Positions 26,121-40,229 of a DNA stretch of 64,000 nucleotides are shown one piece after another. The DNA is from Eledone cirrhosa. Taxonomy: Eukaryota. The notes beneath the pieces are model-generated. The model was given only the letters and a program-made list of their open reading frames with translations. It was not told where the DNA came from and searched no databases. Positions within the stretch are counted from its first letter, which is position 1; the number at the start of each line of letters is the position of its first letter. Position numbers and translations under genes: made by a program. Location of the stretch: NCBI GenBank assembly GCA_964016885.1, contig OZ024740.1, forward strand, positions 253,084,001-253,148,000. Direction: 5' to 3'.

Positions 26121-28094
26121 CTCTATATATTATACACCACTCTATATATTAACTCAGTTGATCTCTCAGTACTCTGTAAAAGTCTGAGCAATCAGCTACC
26201 TAATTTAAAATGGTAAGAATTGTCAGTCTCTTGGCTTAATGGTTTAAAGTGCCTAGCCAGTATCTGAGAGATACAGGGCTTGATTCCTCACATCGGTCCA
26301 TAACAACCTCTTTTTCCATCTTTAACGATCTGCACCTATATTTTATAAGCTTCTCTGTTCATGACCACATCACTATATATATATATAGACATTATTTTAT
26401 ATTTTGATGTCAAAAGTGGTAGTGACTGAAGTTTCATCTGGCTGTTGGATGATGTGAATAAACTGAATCTTTGACACTATTCTTACACACATTGTGTGCT
26501 CCTTAAATGTATTATGGACGTTAAATGATGATGATATATATATATATATATCATCATCATTGTTTAACATCTATTTTCCATGCCTGAAGGTCGTTTAGAA
26601 AGGTCATCCATGTCATGATACAAGTCTGGCCTGTGTGCAGTATCATACCTTGCTCAAATAGAACTGTATTTTGGCTGAGATTTTTACAGCTGGATACCCT
26701 TCCTAACACCAAACACGTTTACATTACACAATGTGTCAAGTCTTGCTAGATGGCTGCATTGTACCTTGCACATATTGGGACTCCATGTTGTCTGGGGTTT
26801 TACGGCTGCTGGATGCCCTTCTTAACACCAGCCATGCTTACAGTGTGGAACTGGATGGCACCATTAAGGGGAGGGTCTGGCCAGTTGGCTGCGCCGTATT
26901 CTGCTCACAGCAGCACCATAATTTCAGAGCCTGATGGTCCCATTATGAGGGAGGTCTGGTTGGTTATGCCATGCCTTGCTCATATTGTAACTGTGTTTAG
27001 GCTGGTATTTTAAGGCTCCTTGCCCTTCCTACTGCCAACCTCATTTAGAGTGTTGGACTAGGTGGCACCGTTATGAGACAAGTCTAGCCAATTGGCCATG
27101 ACATACCTTGCTCATAGTGATGTTTTGGCTGGATATATATATGATATATATACCACATATGCATGTATATAACATACAATACATAATGTACAATATACAT
27201 ATATAATATACAATAACATTCATATAGAGATAATACACATCACACATACATAACTACACAATATATGTGTACATATACAACATATATAGTGTGCATGTAA
27301 ATATGTCTGTATACAATATACACACATGCACTACAATATATACATATATATATAACATACAATGTAACAAGGTAACGGTGAGAAGTAACTGTGGGAAGGA
27401 GTGAAGGCCATGTCTGCCAAACAGCTAACTGGAAGGTGGTGGATGGGTTTTAAGCATTGAACATTGAAATAAATGAATGCAGAACCACAATAGGAGATAG
27501 AAAGTTTGGAAAGTTAATTCAAAATATATTTTGAATAGTCTTATCTTTTCATGGCTGGATTTTTCTTAAAACTACATGGGTATTTACTTCAAAAGGACAA
27601 CATGGACAGGACAGAAATTTATATATATGTGTGTGTGTGTATATATATATATATACACATACTTAGCATGCAGGGAAGCTGAGAGTAGGAGGTTTGCCAA
27701 TGTTTTGTGACAAGAAGATCAGGCACTTCTTAACCAAATATACACCCCAATCCACTACTCCTACCCTATCCTCCCACTCCCACTAACACCACCCTCTCTC
27801 TGTAAAGTTGGTACCACAACATCCAGTCCAAATAAATGAGATCGAGATGGTGTAGGTGTCTCGACAAAAAAACACACAGTCCACGCTGTAATGTGGCCGT
27901 GTAGGTAACACGGTAAAAACCTCCCAGTTCCACACTGTAAATGTGGCTGGTGTAAAGAAGGGCATCCAGCCGTGTACAAAACCTGCCAGATAGTCCTATA
28001 TGAGTGAGACATGGTCACACGACCAACCTTACTTCAAGTTGGACAACTCCTGTCTAACCATGCTAGCGTGGAAGATGCACGTTAAATGATGATG

Positions 28095-30460
28095 ATGATC
28101 ATCATCATCGTTTAACGTCTATCTTTCATGCTAGCATGGGTTTAGACGGGAATTGTCCCACTTGAGGCAAGATTGGTCGTCTGGCTCGTATAGGACTGTC
28201 TGGCAGGTTTTCTACGGTTGGATGTCCTTCCTAACACCAACCACATTTACAGTGTGGAACTGGGAGGTTTTTACCGTGGTACCTACACGGCCACATTACA
28301 GCATGGACTGTGTGTTTTTGTTGTGACACTTACACGACCTCATTTATTTAGGACTGGATGTTGTGGTACTAAAATAACTTTACAGAGAAAGGGGTGGGGG
28401 GGGTGTATATTTGGTTAAGAGGTGCCTACTAACTAGGTTTCGCTTTGTACATAGGCAAGGTGGGGGTCTTCTGTATTACTGCGTAGTGCCAAAGATCTCG
28501 GTCCAGTGACATTGTGTTGGAGTGTGTGTAAGTGTGTAAGGTCGGAATTTATCAGGTCCCAGATTTTTCTGAGTTTGCCTACTCCATAACTTCCATCAAT
28601 TTTGATCGCCCTGCACTTATTTATACAGCTGTCGTCTTTCATGTACATCACGTGACCGTACCAACGTAGTCTCCTCTCGAGTAAACACCATCTGATCCTT
28701 CTTATTCCTAATTTCTCACTTAGTTCATTTATGCTTTGCCGTTCACGTATGTTACTATTACACATCCAACGGAGCATGCAAGCTTCGTTCCTCTCCAGTC
28801 TGCGTATATCCTCTGCACACAATGCCCATGTCTCACTGCCATGTAACATTGCTGTTTGTATGCAGGCATCATACAGTCTGCCTTTCATTTTTAGAGAGAA
28901 ACCTTTCATGGCCAATAGTGGTATAAGCTCTCTGAACTTTTTCCATCCCGTTCTGACTCTGGCTACTGTACTTTCAGAGCACCCTCCACCACTGCTGATT
29001 TTGTCACCCAGGTAACGGAAGGTGTCCACTATTTCTATAGAACCATCTGGGCAATAGAATAAGCTAGTATCCTGTGGGCACTTTCTACTTATTGCACCTG
29101 AGCACCGGCCACATATAATATTTATGTTCTCAGTTAGCTTACCTGTGATCCCACTACATCTTTTATGCACCCATACTTTGCATTTGGGACATAAAATGGA
29201 ATTTCTGCCTACTCTTTTGTTACACGCTGAGATTGGCCATTTCTCAGAGGGGACCTGTGCCCTATTTTTCTTCTTACAAACTAGAACTTTAGTCTTAGAC
29301 AAGTTAACTTTAAGATCTTTTGATTCTAGGCCATGCTTCCATGTTTGGAATTTCTTCTCTAGTTCAGCCATCGATTCAGCTATGAGTGTTAGGTCATCTG
29401 CGTATAGAAGTTCTCATGGGCAGCTGGTCTTGAACTTCTCTGTTATAGCCTGAAGGGCAATAATAAATAGGAGGGGGCCAAGGGCAGAGCCCTGGTGAAC
29501 ACCAACTTTTACGTTAAATTCTTCACTATATTCGTTGTTAATTCTAACCTTGCTGACTGTTTCTTTATACATGGCTTGTATAGCTCTCACAAGCCATTCA
29601 TCAACACCTAGTTTTCTAAGGGCTCACCAAATAATCGCGCAGGGGACTATGTCAAACGTTTTCTCCAAGTCATCAAAAGCTAAGTATAGGGGTTTACTTT
29701 TAGCTAGGTACTTCTCCTGTAGTTGTCATACAAGGAAAATGGCGTCTGTAGAACATGCTTGAACTTTCTTTCCTCTGCTTCCCTTCTTGCGAAGTACACT
29801 TGTCTCCTAGCTTCCCTCCTGCCACTTGATAGTGTTCTTTACTTCCCCCCCATTCCGCCATACTTTCCAAGCCTGCTTTTTGGCCTTGATTGACTCCTCC
29901 ACCTTACTGTTCTACCCCCACATTACTCTCCTCCTGCCTATAGGTCTGCTTCAGCCACAGATTTCATCTGTCGCCTTCAGCAGCTTAACTTTTAGGAATT
30001 CCCACTGTTCCTCTATATTGTACGTCTCTAATTGCTCTTCCTTACTGTCAAAAGCATCAAGTAATATGCTTTTAAATTTGTTACTGGCTGTGGGGTCCTT
30101 TAACTTCCATATTCTTCTCCTTAGGATAGTCCTCCTCTGTTGTCGAGTACGTCTCGTCCTGACTGAGGTCGCTAACTATGAGGCTATGTTGGGAAGTACA
30201 TTATTCACAGGGGAGGGATTTTGTGTTTAGAACAGACACTCTATCACGTCTTCTGGTAAGGATATCTGACTGGTGTGTTACCCTGATCTATAGGTGATCA
30301 AGTAATTGTCTCGTTTTTTGAAGTTTGTGTTACAGATAAGTTATTAGCGTCACAGGATTCTGAAGCCTTCCTCATTTCTAGTACCAAACCCATAGCCTCC
30401 ATGGATTCCGCCATAGCCGTCACAATGTTGTCCAACATGACCATTTAGGTCGCCAGCAAT
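28095..30460 (-). mobile_element. Decayed RTE-type LINE with 3' UTR
   Basis: 312-aa ORF 28433-29371 (RT C-terminus, PHD-like finger, MLHGSETW, RLRWYGHV); APE remnants near 30200-30460. Confidence 0.9.
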
Positions 30461-30498
30461 ACTTATGGGGAAGTTAACTAGAAGGTTATTTTTATAAT

Positions 30499-30803
30499 GG
30501 AGGCACATGGCTTAGTGGTTAGAGCATTGGCCTTGCAATCGAAAGGTTGCAAGTTCAATTCTCAGATCGGGTGATGTGTTGTTTCCTTCAGCAAGACACT
30601 TTATTTCACATTGCTCCAGTTTACTCAGCTGTAGAAATGAGATGATAGAGATTGGGGTCCTATCATTCGAAAAAAAAGCACCCAGCACTCACTGTAAATG
30701 AGGTTGGTGTTAGGAAGGGCATCCAGCTGTAGAAATCAAGCCAGAATCAGTTCCCGTCCCACCTTTGCAAGCAAGGAAAAGCGGACATAAAATGATGATG
30801 ATG
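30499..30803 (+). mobile_element. tRNA-derived SINE with RTE-type 3' tail
   Basis: A-box tggcttagtgg, B-box agttcaattc, core cagcaagacactttatttcacattgctccag, tail ...gcggacataaaatgatgatgatg. Confidence 0.8.
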
Positions 30804-31029
30804 AATCCTGCAAATTCGGCCATAATTAAGCGCACGTATAACAGTAATCAGAGTTTAAATACGAGAAGAAGATTGTTTTTGAGGGTCTGACAGAATTTTG
30901 GGAATTTAAAATATGAGAAGATTGTTTTTGAAGGTTTGACAGAATTATCGAATAACATTGAAAAGATTGGATTCAAAGTTAAATGGACGATATAATACTG
31001 ATAGATATACTGACAAGATATATATATTA

Positions 31030-32345
31030 GCACGCCGGGAAGCTGAGAATAGGAGGTTTGCCAATGTTCTGCGACGAGAAGATCAGAGGCATGAGGTGTT
31101 CTGCATTGCAAGGCAATGTCTCAGTGTAAATCAGGTTGTTGTTGGAGATAAGTGTGTCCGAAATGATGCTGGTGTCACTGTTGCCTGGAAATGTCATTAT
31201 GAGAGACTGATGAATGTTGAATGGCAGAGAGAAAGTAGACCCAACAGAGGGACCAGCTATTGAGATTGATGACTATAAAGTCAAAGGGGATGCACTGGAG
31301 AGGAGCAATTATAGGGGCATAAAACTGATGGATCAGGTTATGAAAGTAACAGACAGGATATTAGCACAACTATTTTGACAAAGAGTCAAGTTAGATTAGA
31401 TGCAGTCTCGGTTTGTGCCCTCTTCTTAGTGAGACAACTACAAGAGAAGAATAAGCCACTATATTTAGCTTTTGTTGACCTAGAGAAGGCCTTTGATAGG
31501 GCACCCCGATCTGTCATCTGGTGGTCCCTAAGGAAACTAGGTGTAGAGGAATGACTTGTGAGGACAGTGCAAGCTATGTATAGAGGATCTGTCAGTAAAG
31601 TGAGAGTAGAAATGGAGTTTAGTGAGGAATTCCAGATACAAGTAGGAGTACATCAGGGTTTGGTCCTCATCCCACTCTTATTCATTATAGTCCTCCAAGC
31701 CATAACAGAAGTGTAAGACTGGCTGCCCATGGGAACTTCTCTATGCTGATGATCTGGTTCTTATAGCAGAATCAGTAGAGGAGCTAGAAAATAAATTCTG
31801 GCTATGGAAACAGCAGTTAGAATCAAGGGGACCGAGAGTAACCTAGCTAAGACTAAAGTGTTGATAAGTAGGAAAGAGGACAAAACTCTGATTCCATCGG
31901 GAAAATGCAGATCTGGGGTACACCAGAGGTGTAGTGGGATAGCTGGAAAACTATATATGCAGTAGATGCTCAGGGAAATGGGCAGCAACTGCAGAAGATA
32001 TGCGACAGCTGGAGAGAAATGAAGCAAGCTTTCTCCGATGAATGTGCGTGAACGACCAAGCATAGACGAGTTGAGAAAGAAACGGTGTATAAGAGGGATA
32101 AACTGTAGTGTGCAGGTGAGAAGACTGTTGGTATGGACGTGATGCGCATGGAAGATGACCGCTGGGTAAAGAAGTGCCGAGAAATCCTGGTGGAAGGAAG
32201 ACCACGAAAATCATGAGTGGAGGTGGTGAGAGCTGACCTCAGATCGCTGAATCTCATAGAAGAGATGACAAGGGGAGAGATGCTGTGCTGAATAGGACCC
32301 ATCCCACCCGTGCAAGCAAGGAAAAGTGGATGTAAAATGATGATG
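31030..32345 (+). mobile_element. Decayed RTE-type LINE fragments
   Basis: Remnants of AWKCHYERL, FVDLEKAFDR, WELLYADD; (GAT)n tail. Confidence 0.8.
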
Positions 32346-32959
32346 ATATACACACACATACATGTGTATATATTTATATCATTATCATCGCCATTTAACA
32401 TCCATTTTTCCATGCTTGCATGGGTCAGATGGTTCATTTGCATCGAGAGAGAAGTCTGGCCAGAATTGACCACGCCATACCTTGCTCTCACGGGACTAAA
32501 TTTGGCAAGGGTTTGTACAGCTGGGTGCCCTTCCTAACACCAACCATATTTAAAGTGTGGGACTGGATAGTACTGTTATGAAGAGGGACAGGCCAGTTGT
32601 CATGCCGAACCCTTCAAACAGTGGACCATAGTTTGGGAGCCTGGAACTGGATGGCACTGCTTTGAGGGGGGATAGGCCAGATGACCGCATGCAAAGACAA
32701 TAAAGACAAAGCTGGGTTTTACATCAAGGTATAAAGCAGAAGCATCTAAAAGCATTAAAAATATTGAAATATTTGAAAATAAAGAGAGTGAGAAGTTAAT
32801 TCAAACTCAGATACACTTATCTATTCATGTCTATTCTGTTGTTATTCACCAGACCAGAGGCAGGCAGCATGGCTGATGGCCGCCATATATCTATCTATAT
32901 ATATACACACATATACCCACTGGACCAGAAACACCCCAAATATATGATGTTGAGGTCTC

Positions 32960-33260
32960 CTCATTGAACCAATACCACCAAAACGGGTCCTGGAAATATG
33001 TTGGTATGTCAGAGAGCCAGTTTAAAAACCACTTCCTCAATCCCGAAATGTCCTTCAAATACCCAAATAAACAAAACACCATAAATTTGGCAAATAAAAT
33101 ATGGCAACTCAAAGACGGTAACATTGACTTCTCCATCAGATGGAAGATACTAAGAAAATCTCGGCCATACTTAAATGCAAATGTAGTGGATATTGAATAG
33201 TCTCCACAACAATAACGATCCAAATGTGGATATTGAATAGTCTCCACTTAACACACGCAT
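32960..33260 (+). mobile_element. PLE GIY-YIG endonuclease fragment (Naiad-like)
   Basis: KYVGMSESQFKNHF..SFKYP....LANKIWQLKD....SIRWKIL. Confidence 0.7.
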
Positions 33261-34639
33261 AAGTTCTTCTTGAGATGCTCTCATGTTTCTAAGTACCTTT
33301 TGAAGAAATGGCCTCCTTCTTCACCAATCCATTTCTTTCTTGTACCCCCCCCCCCCATAATTTTAAACTATTATTTTATTGCCATTATTGATAGAGAGTC
33401 AGACACCATGTTTTGCAGCATAAAGTTACGGCCCTTTATGTTCTAAGTTCAAATCCCGCCTAGGTTCGCTTTGTCACTCATCCTTATGGGGTCGATAAAA
33501 TAAAGCACCAGTAATGCACTGGGGTCGATTTAATCGATTTTCCCTCCCCTTCAAATTGCTGGCCTTTTGCCTAAATCACAAATAATTATTTTAGCGTTGT
33601 TTTCCCTAAAAAATGTTACGGTCAAATTACCTACCTTTCACCATCTGTATTCTCTGCCCTTGGTTTGACTCTATTCTCTTCCTGTTTTTCTTTATTCGAC
33701 CCTGAGTAAACACTTTCCAGTTCTTTTTCATAAATTTTAAAGAATTTAATTGTAAATTGAGCATAGAGGGTCATCAGGTCGGTGATTATCCCAGTTTCCG
33801 TGGAATTAAGTAACTGAGAGTACAAGATGCACCCCCTGGCTAGGATGAAAAATACAGCACACAACCTGGCCCATATGTGTATATATATATATATATATGG
33901 TGTTAGGAAGGGCATCCAGCTGTAAAATACCCAGCCAAATTTACAGTTTTCGCCGAAGCAAGGTGCGACACATGGCAAACCCTGGTCAGATTTCCTCCTG
34001 GCATGGACGTCCCATCTAACCCATGCAAGCGTGGAAAAATACACACACATACTAAGTTTAATTTCTTTACTGCTATGCTTCACCTATTCTTCTGTCTTCC
34101 TGTCATATTGTATCTGTAAGATACAACACAACTTTTACTATATCGTTTTCTGTGATACATGCATTTACGCTAGCTCGTAGAAGCTAGTCAGCTAACTAAT
34201 GTAGTGATAATTCATGTCATAAATTTTATTACTCGACGTTCAAATTGAATATTGTTATTGTAAAAAAAACATTGTTCACATCACAATTCTGGCATTATTC
34301 TTTTTACCATTCACCCATCAAAGAATAACATTTATCCACTACACATATCAAATACATTTAGAATTTTGTGTTTCTCAATAAGCAAGCTCAATTGACTTTA
34401 TCTAGAGCCATAATAACAAAATAAAGAGATGTATATACAGAGAGAGAGAGAGAGAGAGAGAAAGAGCCATATATCACACAAGAAACACGGTATATTGCAT
34501 ATATACCAAATACTTATTCTATAGAAGAATATGTACACAGGTGGAATCATAAGTGAAACCTTATAACACTATTTCATTCCAAGGTATATTGATTTATTTA
34601 CCATCTTCATTTATTAATTTCCCTTAGAATAGTGAAACT

Positions 34640-34806
34640 AAATCTCTGATGAGTACCTGAGTCTCATGTGGTAGAATCATAATCAATAGTTTGTCTTTGA
34701 TGATCGAATATATTGGTTGATTTTTTTTTTTTTTTCGTTTGATGTCCAATTACATAGATCGATTTTAAGCCATACTTTCCGGGTATGAAATAGCGCTATA
34801 AGGTTT
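34640..34806 (+). ncRNA. Type I hammerhead motif with a long insertion in stem II
   Basis: aaatct CTGATGA gtacctg [~120 nt] cgggtat GAAA tagcgcta TA aggttt; palindromic stem III ATAGCGCTAT. Confidence 0.65.
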
Positions 34807-37244
34807 TACTTATGATTCCACCTGTATACATATTCTTCTATAGAATATGTATTTGGTATATATACAATATACAGTGTTTCTTGTGCCATATATGGCTCTT
34901 TCTCTCTATATATATATACATATATCTCTTTATTTGGTTATATATATATATATATATACAGACAGAGAGAGACATATATAAATGTATATATGTCTCTCTC
35001 AGAGATATGATCTACCTATTCTAAACTAGATATACATAACTATGTATATCTGGTTTAGAATAGGTAGATCATATCTCTGTGTGTCGTAACAAACAACTAA
35101 AAATGTTAGTGTCAGAAAGGGCATCCAGTTGTAAAAGATTGTTGGAGAATTTTCCATCCAGCCCATGCCAGCATGGAAAAGTTGACGTAAAATGATGATG
35201 ATACACACCCACACACATATGTATATATGAATATATATATATATATATATATATGATGATGATGATGATGATATATATATATTTATATTTATTAAAATAA
35301 CAGATTAAAGTTTAAGCAAAAAATGCTTTCACCCTTAATGGGATCTTCTGAAACTAAAAAAGTCAATCTGTGAACGAAGAAGTAAATATTTCAAAAAACG
35401 TTGCAACCGAAGGAAGACAGGAAGACGATACTTTGGTTCGTGGAAACGTTCCCTGGCAAAGAACGGGAAAAAAACGAAGATAATACGTCATTATTTGGTG
35501 CAGTGAAAACAATTACACGCAAAGACAACCACGTTTATGGTATAAATGAAGTCGTAGACTAATATTCTATGAGGTGGTCATGGAGACGTTCTCTGGCAAG
35601 GAACGGAAAAAACGAAGAAAATACGTCATTATGTGGAGCAAAGAGAACAATTACATGCAAAGACAAAACCACGTAAATGGTATAACTGAAGTCGTTTGGA
35701 TTTTAGTCTTCAAATTTATTATTATTACTATATATATATATATATATATAACGAAGGAGTTGTGGTAAGGAACCAGATGGACCATAACGCACCAGAGTAC
35801 TCAATACTTAGGGTAGTAGAGTGGGTAATAGGAAAATGTATGACCCCTCAAGCCGTTTCAGCTGTGCTGAATAGGACCCGTCCCACCGTTGCAAGCAGGG
35901 AAAAGCAGACGTTAAATGATGATGATGATGATATATATATATATATCATCATCATATATATATATATATTTATAGCGAAGATTTGATTGTCATGTTTGTA
36001 GTTGATTGTGTTGTGGTTTTGATTCATTTGTTGCATGTGTGCTCACTTGTAGTTTGCTGTGTAGTATGGTCACTATTGTGTGATACAGTGTGACCAGAGG
36101 TTGCATGTGTACAGTTAAGTGAGTAAGTGTTCAATAAGATAATTGTTTCTACTTTTGGCACAAGGCCAGCAATTAACCAGTGTATTACTGGTACTTTATT
36201 TTATTTACCCTGTAAGGATGAAAGGCAAAGGTTTACGTTATGAGTGTGTGCAATTTCAAGTTACATGCCTGAATGAGTCCCAGTGCGGGTGAGTTTCATG
36301 TGTCGATAGCTGTTTCCGTACTTCAACCAAGTAAAAAGTGATCTCACAGAATCCCCACACAAATCAAGTACATACATTATGGATATTTAAAGAAGAAACA
36401 AAATGTTTGTGTGTAAAAAGGAATGATATGTAAGTGTTTGATGCAAAACGTGTATGTGCATGCAGGCATATAATACAGTGAAATCAATGTTCATTTACAA
36501 CCTTGAAAAATAAAAGAAATAATTGTTCTAAACAACAAAAAGTTCAGTTTTTCTTTCCTTTGTGTGTCAGTGCTCTTTTTTTTTTATATCTTTGGTATAA
36601 TAATGTTATCGTTTCTTGCTAGGAAGCTAGTAGTGTTGTCTGGTGTTATTGTTGTTGAAGAAGAAGACGAAGCAATTTCTCGGCCATGTAACATGATCGC
36701 TGTAAAATGTTTAGTCATGAATTGAAGAATTTCAACAAAGTTTTTGTAAATAATCCGTAGAAGTGAAGTTTTATCATATAAACGAGAAGCTTGGTAAATA
36801 TCGCTCAATCAGAAAACTGCATGTTCAAATCACTTCCGGATATCACCAATTATAGCGAAGATTTGATTGTTGTGTAGGTAGTTGATTGTGTTGTGGTGTT
36901 GATTCGTTTGTTTCATGTGTGCTCACTTGTAGCTTGCTGTGTGGTATTGTCACTGTTGTGTGGTACAGTGTGACCAGAGTTTGCATGAGGCAGGTAAGTG
37001 AGTAAGTGTTCATTAGAATATGAAATTGAGAATCAAAAGCTGAACTACCAACAACAGAACCAGAAGGCTTTAAGAGCAGATACCTACACCAACATTCGAG
37101 ATGCCATTGACGAGAGTAGGCGTGAGTTGGCTCCACGTGAAGATGGAATATTTCCAGATGACAATCAATAGCTGTGCATTGATAGAAAGATTCTATCGAG
37201 TTCATTTGTTAGAAGCCCAAGACGGCATGGCGATTTGTGGAGTC

Positions 37245-38385
37245 TCTCATAGTGACATTTCCAGGCCTCCTTTTTCTGAGCATCAGTGACACTAAGTGCA
37301 CCAGCATTATTTCGGACACACTTATCTCCAACAACATCCTGATTTACACTGACACACTGCCTTACAATACGGAACACCTCACGTCTCTGATCTTCTCATC
37401 ACAGAACATAGGCAAACCTCCTACTCTCAGCTTCCCTGCATGCTAAGTATACCTAATGTCTATCCTCACTTTTAGTGGCTGAATAATCACCACATTTTTC
37501 CAATCCTACCATGCTTATCTTTTGTCTTTAATGGCTCTATCTACCATGCTGTTCCACCACCAGGTCACCCTCTGTCTGGTTGGAGCTTTGTTCCAGCCAC
37601 AAGTCTCTTTAGTTTCTATATCATATAACTCTAATTCGTCTTCTCTCTTATCATACACATCCCATAGGGCTTTCCTAAAATTATATTTAAGCGAAAGTTC
37701 TTTTAGCTTCCAGACCTCCCTGTTCCTCAGCATATGCCTTAGTATTCATAACAATTTGTCTGTCTCGTTGCCTAACTAGCAAGAAGTCAATCTGGTTTAT
37801 GTGTGCCCCTGATTGGTTGGTGATTAAGTGATTGGCAGGTTTCCTAAAGTTAGTGTTCCTAAGGTTAGTTCACTTGCATCACAAAATTCAAGAAGCGTCA
37901 TTCCTTCTTTGTTTCTTTAGTCATAACCATAACCACTGTGTACCCCAGTGTATCCATCTTGGACCTGTCCAACATGACCATTGAAGTCAGCTGCTAGTAT
38001 GACTAGGTCTCTGTCTTCTGTCAGTATGGTTGTCTTTAGAAGCGGTCCTTCTTTTTTTTACCTAGGCCCGCTTGGGCAGCATAGGTAGAGATAATTGGCA
38101 GCAACCTATTACCTGCAACTAATCTAATCTTAATGATTCTATTACTTACTCTAACTACCTCTATTGTCTTATTAATCCACTTCTCGACCAGTAAAATGCC
38201 TACCCCACCTATCCCATCATCATTTCTTACTCAGAAAAGCTTATAGCTAAGCTGTTTGCCTGTGATTAGCCTTGCTGAGGTACCTCTCCATCTCACCTCT
38301 TGCACACAGCACATATCCACGTGTCTTCTCTCTAGCATCTCTACTATCTCACCAGATCTACCTCTCAGAGTGCCAAGATTAAGTG
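37245..38385 (-). mobile_element. RTE-type LINE APE and linker fragment
   Basis: RQRVTWWWNS, AWKCHYERL and APE remnants; likely 5' region extends to about 38950. Confidence 0.8.
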
Positions 38386-39249
38386 TGGTAACCCTGAGAT
38401 GTCATCTTTCGTTGAATTTTCCTTTTTGTCTGCAAGGAAAAAGGTGTAAAATTATTGTCATCATTACTATTATTGTTGTTGTGCAATTGCTTGATGACGG
38501 TCATGGGATTCTCACACATGGCCGCACTAGCCACCCCACTACCATGTACAGGCCTAACATGGTTAGTGTTATTACTGTTTACACAGTTATCGTTATATTT
38601 GTATGTTGTGTTCATAATTTGGCATTAATAATATACTGGTTGGATGCCCTTCCTATCACCAGCAGCACTTTACAGCATGGACTGTGTGCTTTTATTTGTG
38701 CCACCAACACTAGAGAGGTTGTCTTACTGGACTCAGGGGCCCTCTCCACCCCATACTTTGGCATGGTTTTGAATGACTGAATGCCACTTTCAGCACTAGG
38801 GAAGTCAGGTTACTGGACTTAGGGGACTTCTCTACCCCGACACCAATTTATTCGGAGTGGTTGTTATCCTAGATGGGTTACCTACATTTCGACTCACGGA
38901 GTTTCTGTCTGCCCCATGTCAGTTCTGAGCAGTCCTGGGCCACTATTCAACTATATTAAGATACTCTTAGTGAGTCTATATTTATCCTATGGAGGGAGGG
39001 GGCAGCTGGGGAGGAGAAAGTGATGATGAGGTTTTGGGTGAGTAGGTTTATGGTGCTATATGCACTAGGAAGTGGCTGGTATAGGGTGTCAGGCATGCAT
39101 ACCGGAAGATGGTGCAGGTGAGACAGAAAGGTGTGGAATGGCGACTATACATACATATCTACTACATTTCCAAAACATCTACATACATATAGACACACAC
39201 ACACAACACACATGTACATCTAACATATATATACATCAACATTTCAAAA

Positions 39250-39435
39250 CCCTTTAAAATCCCCCTAGGGGATCAAAAAGTTGAATTTTTTCATGTGCAT
39301 AACACTCCCTGAAACATAAGTAATACACATGTACAGTTTGAAAAAAATTGGTTGGGTACTTTTCTAGTTTTAGGGATTCAAACTCACAGACACACACACA
39401 CAGACACAGACATTCTCAGTTTTATATATATAGAT
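39250..39435 (+). mobile_element. Possible non-autonomous Helentron/HINE-like element end
   Basis: Internal (CA/GACA) microsatellite followed by cattctcagttttatatatatagat; similar architecture at 40-140. Classification is by resemblance only. Confidence 0.35.
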
Positions 39436-40229
39436 AACATTAATAAAGATGCTGATGTTACATGAATCGTTTATTCATTATAATTATTTCAACGGTTCTC
39501 CCATGCAACCAAGATGTAATTCATGCATTTGTTGCTATTATGAGAACAGCATCCTCAGATGAAATTCGATTTTGTGATATGCTGCCGGCATGGTAGGATG
39601 GGCTGTCCCGTTGTGAGAGATCAGGTTGGAGGACTGTGTTTTACTCACACTGATCTGATTTGGCTCCCTAATGCAAACTACATTTACAGTGTGTGCTGGG
39701 TGCTTTTTGTTGTGACACATACATGACCACTTTACAGTGTGGACTGGGCACTTTTATTGTAGCTCTAGGGGGACCTTTTTATGGTGTGGGTTGGGGGCTT
39801 GGGTGGAGTGGGGGTGCCTGTGGAATTGGGGATGTGGGTATAAGGGTGGGATGATTACAGCAAGGGATGGGTGATTGTAGGGAGGGTGTAGCATCAGAGG
39901 GACCGACTACAAGTCAATAGTAATTAAGGCAATCAAGGATATAAAGTCAGGCAGGGCAGCTGGACCTACAGGGATAGTTGCTGAGATGCTGAAAGCATCA
40001 GGTATGATGGGCCACAACATATTCTCCAGTATTGTAAACCAAATTATACAATCATCATCACCGTTTAGCATCCATTTTTTCATGTTTGCATGGTTAGATG
40101 GGTCATCCACACCAGGAGGCAAGTTTGGACAGGGTTAGCCCCGTTGCACCTTGCTCCAGTGAGAACTGTAAATTTGGCTGGGTACTTTACAGCTGGATGC
40201 CCTTCCTAACACCAACCACATTTACAGTG

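Noticed and set aside
30499-30575. tRNA gene
   Set aside because: A and B boxes are present but the cloverleaf is degenerate and continues into a SINE body.
36584-36842. 74-aa minus-strand ORF behind a CCGGAAGTG motif
   Set aside because: No recognisable homology or supporting splice structure; flanked by repeats.
38380-38990. HDV-like ribozyme at an RTE 5' end
   Set aside because: Plausible for RTE elements, but I could not fold a nested double pseudoknot by eye; needs a descriptor search.
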